Origin: Macrostomum lignano
Lineage: Eukaryota
Reading direction: 5' to 3'
Assembly: GCA_002269645.1 (NCBI GenBank)
Contig: NIVC01004694.1
Location: forward strand, 1 to 37,842
Length of the DNA stretch: 37,842 nucleotides
Below the pieces are notes generated by a model that worked only from the letters and a program-made list of their open reading frames with translations, was not told the DNA's origin and made no database searches. Below are positions 30,595 through 37,842 of the stretch, piece after piece (positions within the stretch are counted from its first letter, which is position 1; the number at the start of each line of letters is the position of its first letter). The translations under genes and the position numbers were made by a program.

Positions 30595-33500
30595 GAGCAC
30601 TCTGGCATCCAGCATTACGCTTGCAGATTATAAATTAGCTGCTCTCCTGAGTTCGAAGCTGACAGGTCCGTTGCAGTCGGCATCGATTGAGTCGACTGCC
30701 AATTTAGTCAATGGGTTTCGTTTCTTCTTTTCACTGGAACCTGTGGTGGGATTAGCAAAAGATCGATTTCGCATATCTGTTTAGTGATTTCAAGGACGAC
30801 AAAATCATTCTTCTCTGCATGTCAGCTCCAGAAGATGCTAGTTTGTTTGCAGCTTTCTGTAGGAGCATTCTACTTTAGTAAAGTGTACCCATTCTAAAAT
30901 AAGCTGTTTTTAATATGTCCCAACAAGTCTCTGTGCAGTGTGTCATCCGTTTGCCCATCAATTTGTTCTGGAGCCCTTTATTAATTGAGTTCTTTAGGTG
31001 ACTTAACAAATGCGGAAAAAACTAGACACACACACACAGTGGCCCAACACTTCGTGTCCCAATAATTGCTAGGAAAAATGCACTGCAGTGTTTAAGCATC
31101 TCCTCTGAGGGGCCCTTGCATGCATAGCTATAGAATCTGCTAAGACCCGATCTGAGAGTTAAAAGTACAAAAAGTTATAACGCTTCTAGACACGAAAACG
31201 AATGCAGCCACAGCATGAACTAACCTTTTATTGAAGCTTCTGCTTTAAATACTTTGATGCTGTGAAGCATTCTGGCATCTAGCATTACTCTCGTAGACTA
31301 TTAGCTGCTCTCCTGAGTTCGAAGCTGACAGGTCCGTTGCAGTCGGCATCGATTGAGTCGACTGCCAATTTAGTCAATGGGTTTCGTTTCTTCTTTTCAC
31401 TGGAACCTGTGGTGGGATTAGCAAAAGATCGATTTCGCATATCTGTTTAGTGATTTCAAGGACGACAAAATCATTCTTCTCTGCATGTCAGCTCCAGAAG
31501 ATGCTAGTTTGTTTGCAGCTTTCTGTAGGAGCATTCTACTTTAGTAAAGTGTACCATTCTAAAATAAGCTGTTTTAATATGTCCCAACAAGTCTCTGTGC
31601 AGTGTGTCATCCGTTTGCCCATCAATTTGTTCTGGAGCCCTTTATTAATTGAGTTCTTTAGGTGACTTAACAAATGCGGAAAAAACTAGACACACACACA
31701 CAGTGGCCCAACACTTCGTGTCCCAATAATTGCTAGGAAAAATGCACTGCAGTGTTTAAGCATCTCCTCTGAGGGGCCCTTGCATGCATAGCTATAGAAT
31801 CTGCTAAGACCCGATCTGAGAGTTAAAAGTACAAAAAGTTATAACGCTTCTAGACACGAAAACGAATGCAGCCACAGCATGAACTAACCTTTTATTGAAG
31901 CTTCTGCTTTAAATACTTTGATGCTGTGAAGCATTCTGGCATCTAGCATTACTCTCGTAGACTATTAGCTGCTCTCCTGAGTTCGAAGCTGACAGGTCCG
32001 TTGCAGTCGGCATCGATTGAGTCGACTGCCAATTTAGTCAATGGGTTTCGTTTCTTCTTTTCACTGGAACCTGTGGTGGGATTAGCAAAAGATCGATTTC
32101 GCATATCTGTTTAGTGATTTCAAGGACGACAAAATCATTCTTCTCTGCATGTCAGCTCCAGAAGATGCTAGTTTGCTTGCAGCTTTCTGTAGGAGCATTC
32201 TACTTTAGTAAAGTGTACCCATTCTAAAATAAGCTGTTTTTAATATGTCCCAACAAGTCTCTGTGCAGTGTGTCATCCGTTTGCCCATCAATTTGTTCTG
32301 GAGCCCTTTATTAATTGAGTTCTTTAGGTGACTTAACAAATGCGGAAAAAACTAGACACACACACACAGTGGCCCAACACTTCGTGTCCCAATAATTGCT
32401 AGGAAAAATGCACTGCAGTGTTTAAGCATCTCCTCTGAGGGGCCCTTGCATGCATAGCTATAGAATCTGCTAAGACCCGATCTGAGAGTTAAAAGTACAA
32501 AAAGTTATAACGCTTCTAGACACGAAAACGAATGCAGCCACAGCATGAACTAACCTTTTATTGAAGCTTCTGCTTTAAATACTTTGATGCTGTGAAGCAT
32601 TCTGGCATCTAGCATTACTCTCGTAGACTATTAGCTGCTCTCCTGAGTTCGAAGCTGACAGGTCCGTTGCAGTCGGCATCGATTGAGTCGACTGCCAATT
32701 TAGTCAATGGGTTTCGTTTCTTCTTTTCACTGGAACCTGTGGTGGGATTAGCAAAAGATCGATTTCGCATATCTGTTTAGTGATTTCAAGGACGACAAAA
32801 TCATTCTTCTCTGCATGTCAGCTCCAGAAGATGCTAGTTTGCTTGCAGCTTTCTGTAGGAGCATTCTACTTTAGTAAAGTGTACCATTCTAAAATAAGCT
32901 GTTTTTAATATGTCCCAACAAGTCTCTGTGCAGTGTGTCATCCGTTTGCCCATCAATTTGTTCTGGAGCCCTTTATTAATTGAGTTCTTTAGGTGACTTA
33001 ACAAATGCGGAAAAAACTAGACACACACACACAGTGGCCCAACACTTCGTGTCCCAATAATTGCTAGGAAAAATGCACTGCAGTGTTTAAGCATCTCCTC
33101 TGAGGGGCCCTTGCATGCATAGCTATAGAATCTGCTAAGACCCGATCTGAGAGTTAAAAGTACAAAAAGTTATAACGCTTCTAGACACGAAAACGAATGC
33201 AGCCACAGCATGAACTAACCTTTTATTGAAGCTTCTGCTTTAAATACTTTGATGCTGTGAAGCATTCTGGCATCTAGCATTACTCTCGTAGACTATTAGC
33301 TGCTCTCCTGAGTTCGAAGCTGACAGGTCCGTTGCAGTCGGCATCGATTGAGTCGACTGCCAATTTAGTCAATGGGTTTCGTTTCTTCTTTTCACTGGAA
33401 CCTGTGGTGGGATTAGCAAAAGATCGATTTCGCATATCTGTTTAGTGATTTCAAGGACGACAAAATCATTCTTCTCTGCATGTCAGCTCCAGAAGATGCT

Positions 33501-36500
33501 AGTTTGCTTGCAGCTTTCTGTAGGAGCATTCTACTTTAGTAAAGTGTACCCATTCTAAAATAAGCTGTTTTTAATATGTCCCAACAAGTCTCTGTGCAGT
33601 GTGTCATCCGTTTGCCCATCAATTTGTTCTGGAGCCCTTTATTAATTGAGTTCTTTAGGTGACTTAACAAATGCGGAAAAAACTAGACACACACACAGTG
33701 GCCCAACACTTCGTGTCCCAATAATTGCTAGGAAAAATGCACTGCAGTGTTTAAGCATCTCCTCTGAGGGGCCCTTGCATGCATAGCTATAGAATCTGCT
33801 AAGACCCGATCTGAGAGTTAAAAGTACAAAAAGTTATAACGCTTCTAGACACGAAAACGAATGCAGCCACAGCATGAACTAACCTTTCATTGAAGCTTCT
33901 GCTTTAAACTTTGATGCTGTGAAGCATTCTGGCATCTAGCATTACTCTCGTAGACTATTAGCTGCTCTCCTGAGTTCGAAGCTGACAGGTCCGTTGCAGT
34001 CGGCATCGATTGAGTCGACTGCCAATTTAGTCAATGGGTTTCGTTTCTTCTTTTCACTGGAACCTGTGGTGGGATTAGCAAAAGATCGATTTCGCATATC
34101 TGTTTAGTGATTTCAAGGACGACAAAATCATTCTTCTCTGCATGTCAGCTCCAGAAGATGCTAGTTTGCTTGCAGCTTTCTGTAGGAGCATTCTACTTTA
34201 GTAAAGTGTACCCATTCTAAAATAAGCTGTTTTTAATATGTCCCAACAAGTCTCTGTGCAGTGTGTCATCCGTTTGCCCATCAATTTGTTCTGGAGCCCT
34301 TTATTAATTGAGTTCTTTAGGTGACTTAACAAATGCGGAAAAAACTAGACACACACACACAGTGGCCCAACACTTCGTGTCCCAATAATTGCTAGGAAAA
34401 ATGCACTGCAGTGTTTAAGCATCTCCTCTGAGGGGCCCTTGCATGCATAGCTATAGAATCTGCTAAGACCCGATCTGAGAGTTAAAAGTACAAAAAGTTA
34501 TAACGCTTCTAGACACGAAAACGAATGCAGCCACAGCATGAACTAACCTTTCATTGAAGCTTCTGCTTTAAAGACTTTGATGCTGTGAAGCATTCTGGCA
34601 TCTAGCATTACTCTCGTAGACTATTAGCTGCTCTCCTGAGTTCGAAGCTGACAGGTCCGTTGCAGTCGGCATCGATTGAGTCGACTGCCAATTTAGTCAA
34701 TGGGTTTCGTTTCTTCTTTTCACTGGAACCTGTGGTGGGATTAGCAAAAGATCGATTTCGCATATCTGTTTAGTGATTTCAAGGACGACAAAATCATTCT
34801 TCTCTGCATGTCAGCTCCAGAAGATGCTAGTTTGCTTGCAGCTTTCTGTAGGAGCATTCTACTTTAGTAAAGTGTACCCATTCTAAAATAAGCTGTTTTT
34901 AATATGTCCCAACAAGTCTCTGTGCAGTGTGTCATCCGTTTGCCCATCAATTTGTTCTGGAGCCCTTTATTAATTGAGTTCTTTAGGTGACTTAACAAAT
35001 GCGGAAAAAACTAGACACACACACAGTGGCCCAACACTTCGTGTCCCAATAATTGCTAGGAAAAATGCACTGCAGTGTTTAAGCATCTCCTCTGAGGGGC
35101 CCTTGCATGCATAGCTATAGAATCTGCTAAGACCCGATCTGAGAGTTAAAAGTACAAAAAGTTATAACGCTTCTAGACACGAAAACGAATGCAGCCACAG
35201 CATGAACTAACCTTTCATTGAAGCTTCTGCTTTAAAGACTTTGATGCTGTGAAGCATTCTGGCATCTAGCATTACTCTCGTAGACTATTAGCTGCTCTCC
35301 TGAGTTCGAAGCTGACAGGTCCGTTGCAGTCGGCATCGATTGAGTCGACTGCCAATTTAGTCAATGGGTTTCGTTTCTTCTTTTCACTGGAACCTGTGGT
35401 GGGATTAGCAAAAGATCGATTTCGCATATCTGTTTAGTGATTTCAAGGACGACAAAATCATTCTTCTCTGCATGTCAGCTCCAGAAGATGCTAGTTTGCT
35501 TGCAGCTTTCTGTAGGAGCATTCTACTTTAGTAAAGTGTACCCATTCTAAAATAAGCTGTTTTTAATATGTCCCAACAAGTCTCTGTGCAGTGTGTCATC
35601 CGTTTGCCCATCAATTTGTTCTGGAGCCCTTTATTAATTGAGTTCTTTAGGTGACTTAACAAATGCGGAAAAAACTAGACACACACACACAGTGGCCCAA
35701 CACTTCGTGTCCCAATAATTGCTAGGAAAAATGCACTGCAGTGTTTAAGCATCTCCTCTGAGGGGCCCTTGCATGCATAGCTATAGAATCTGCTAAGACC
35801 CGATCTGAGAGTTAAAAGTACAAAAAGTTATAACGCTTCTAGACACGAAAACGAATGCAGCCACAGCATGAACTAACCTTTCATTGAAGCTTCTGCTTTA
35901 AACTTTGATGCTGTGAAGCATTCTGGCATCTAGCATTACTCTCGTAGACTATTAGCTGCTCTCCTGAGTTCGAAGCTGACAGGTCCGTTGCAGTCGGCAT
36001 CGATTGAGTCGACTGCCAATTTAGTCAATGGGTTTCGTTTCTTCTTTTCACTGGAACCTGTGGTGGGATTAGCAAAAGATCGATTTCGCATATCTGTTTA
36101 GTGATTTCAAGGACGACAAAATCATTCTTCTCTGCATGTCAGCTCCAGAAGATGCTAGTTTGCTTGCAGCTTTCTGTAGGAGCATTCTACTTTAGTAAAG
36201 TGTACCCATTCTAAAATAAGCTGTTTTTAATATGTCCCAACAAGTCTCTGTGCAGTGTGTCATCCGTTTGCCCATCAATTTGTTCTGGAGCCCTTTATTA
36301 ATTGAGTTCTTTAGGTGACTTAACAAATGCGGAAAAAACTAGACACACACACAGTGGCCCAACACTTCGTGTCCCAATAATTGCTAGGAAAAATGCACTG
36401 CAGTGTTTAAGCATCTCCTCTGAGGGGCCCTTGCATGCATAGCTATAGAATCTGCTAAGACCCGATCTGAGAGTTAAAAGTACAAAAAGTTATAACGCTT

Positions 36501-37158
36501 CTAGACACGAAAACGAATGCAGCCACAGCATGAACTAACCTTTCATTGAAGCTTCTGCTTTAAACTTTGATGCTGTGAAGCATTCTGGCATCTAGCATTA
36601 CTCTCGTAGACTATTAGCTGCTCTCCTGAGTTCGAAGCTGACAGGTCCGTTGCAGTCGGCATCGATTGAGTCGACTGCCAATTTAGTCAATGGGTTTCGT
36701 TTCTTCTTTTCACTGGAACCTGTGGTGGGATTAGCAAAAGATCGATTTCGCATATCTGTTTAGTGATTTCAAGGACGACAAAATCATTCTTCTCTGCATG
36801 TCAGCTCCAGAAGATGCTAGTTTGCTTGCAGCTTTCTGTAGGAGCATTCTACTTTAGTAAAGTGTACCCATTCTAAAATAAGCTGTTTTTAATATGTCCC
36901 AACAAGTCTCTGTGCAGTGTGTCATCCGTTTGCCCATCAATTTGTTCTGGAGCCCTTTATTAATTGAGTTCTTTAGGTGACTTAACAAATGCGGAAAAAA
37001 CTAGACACACACACACAGTGGCCCAACACTTCGTGTCCCAATAATTGCTAGGAAAAATGCACTGCAGTGTTTAAGCATCTCCTCTGAGGGGCCCTTGCAT
37101 GCATAGCTATAGAATCTGCTAAGACCCGATCTGAGAGTTAAAAGTACAAAACTTATAA
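30595..37158. repeat. ~664-bp tandem array, about 9.9 near-identical copies
   Basis: The landmark GCTGCTCTCCTGAGTTCGAAG starts at 30638, 31304, 31968, 32634, 33299, 33961, 34627, 35291, 35955 and 36617 (periods 662-666). Confidence 0.98.
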
Positions 37159-37842
37159 TTTTTGTGGTTGGACACGTAGGCTATTGAGTGTCAATGGATT
37201 CAGACGAAATGTCAAGTTTTACTCAAAGCTTTTACAGCTTACTGGTTAAAGTCGACGGATCCTTTGGCAATTGCGCCACATGGCAGTTGATCAAAGGTGA
37301 TATACCTGAAGTAAAGGTAGGTACTGCTTAGCAGGAGCAGTATTTTTTATAGCATTTAAATATAAATGCTTCTTGTTTCCGAAAAGTTTTTTAATACCAC
37401 TTACATGTTTCTCGCTGTGCCATTCCATGCTGTTCTTTCCATACCATGGTGACTCGGGTGCCATGGCAGAGGCAGAGTTGACCATTGATTTCAGCATAGC
37501 GAGTACATGCCAATTTTAGTTTACCGTACGTTTGCGGGTGGCGTCAATAATAGACCAAAATAAAAGTACACTTAACTAGCAAGGGGACTCTGGTAAATTG
37601 GAGCATGTACACAGGGGGGTAGGGCTTAGTCCTAACATGTACGGGGTAAGTCCTAATATGAGTGGGCTTTTGTAAACGACACTCTAGCACACAGTCCCAA
37701 CAATTTATAGAATATCGAATGCGCGCAGCAGTCAATAGCATGAGTCCTAACAAGAGTGGGCTGTTGTATTCAACACTGCAACACTGTCCTAACAATTTAG
37801 TTCGTGTAGAGTACTGATGCCCATCACAGTCAGAAGTACATG

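Noticed and set aside
30660-30700. EF-hand-like peptide DADCNGPVSFEL on the minus strand of the 664-bp unit
   Set aside because: Position 12 is Leu rather than Glu, the frame is short and bounded by stops, and there is no splice support.
30638-31303. The 664-bp unit as an SL RNA, snRNA, 5S or tRNA gene repeat
   Set aside because: I could not recognise a leader plus donor, a clear Sm site in stem-loop context, a 5S sequence, or an A box paired with the B-box-like motif. An Rfam search is needed to exclude this fully.
37243-37320. Candidate second glycosyltransferase exon (TTTTACAG ... AAG|GTAGG)
   Set aside because: It is phase-compatible, but the translation LLVKVDGSFGNCATWQLIKGDIPEVK shows no GT motif and lacks the GC3 bias of the first exon.

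Overview
Metazoan genomic DNA, about half of it short tandem arrays (roughly 19 of 37.8 kb by my hand count). The style of GC3-rich exons embedded in minisatellites suggests the flatworm Macrostomum lignano or a relative; this is inference, not shown by the sequence. Four genes are readable. (1) A rhodopsin-class neuropeptide-type GPCR on the minus strand: 2 exons, running off the left edge, with about 7 single-base frameshifts. (2) A complete 3-exon parvin on the plus strand (5926-9820, 355 aa). (3) A Tbx20/H15-type T-box gene on the minus strand: 5 well-supported exons at 20775-15066 plus a tentative terminal exon. (4) The first visible coding exon of a GT32-like type II membrane glycosyltransferase on the plus strand (29007-29683), whose following intron holds ~9.9 copies of a ~664-bp unit. 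Mobile DNA comprises a collapsed Ty3/Gypsy remnant, a tRNA-derived SINE and two related hAT-type MITE families with 8-bp TSDs. The most unusual points: nearly every intron carries its own private minisatellite; some arrays appear seeded from splice-junction sequence; several unrelated arrays and a MITE share a GA(A)TCCGCCCC core; and one MITE inserted into a minisatellite and was then amplified five times as a ~365-bp higher-order repeat just upstream of tbx20. No bacterial-type features (CRISPR, operons, rRNA) are supported.
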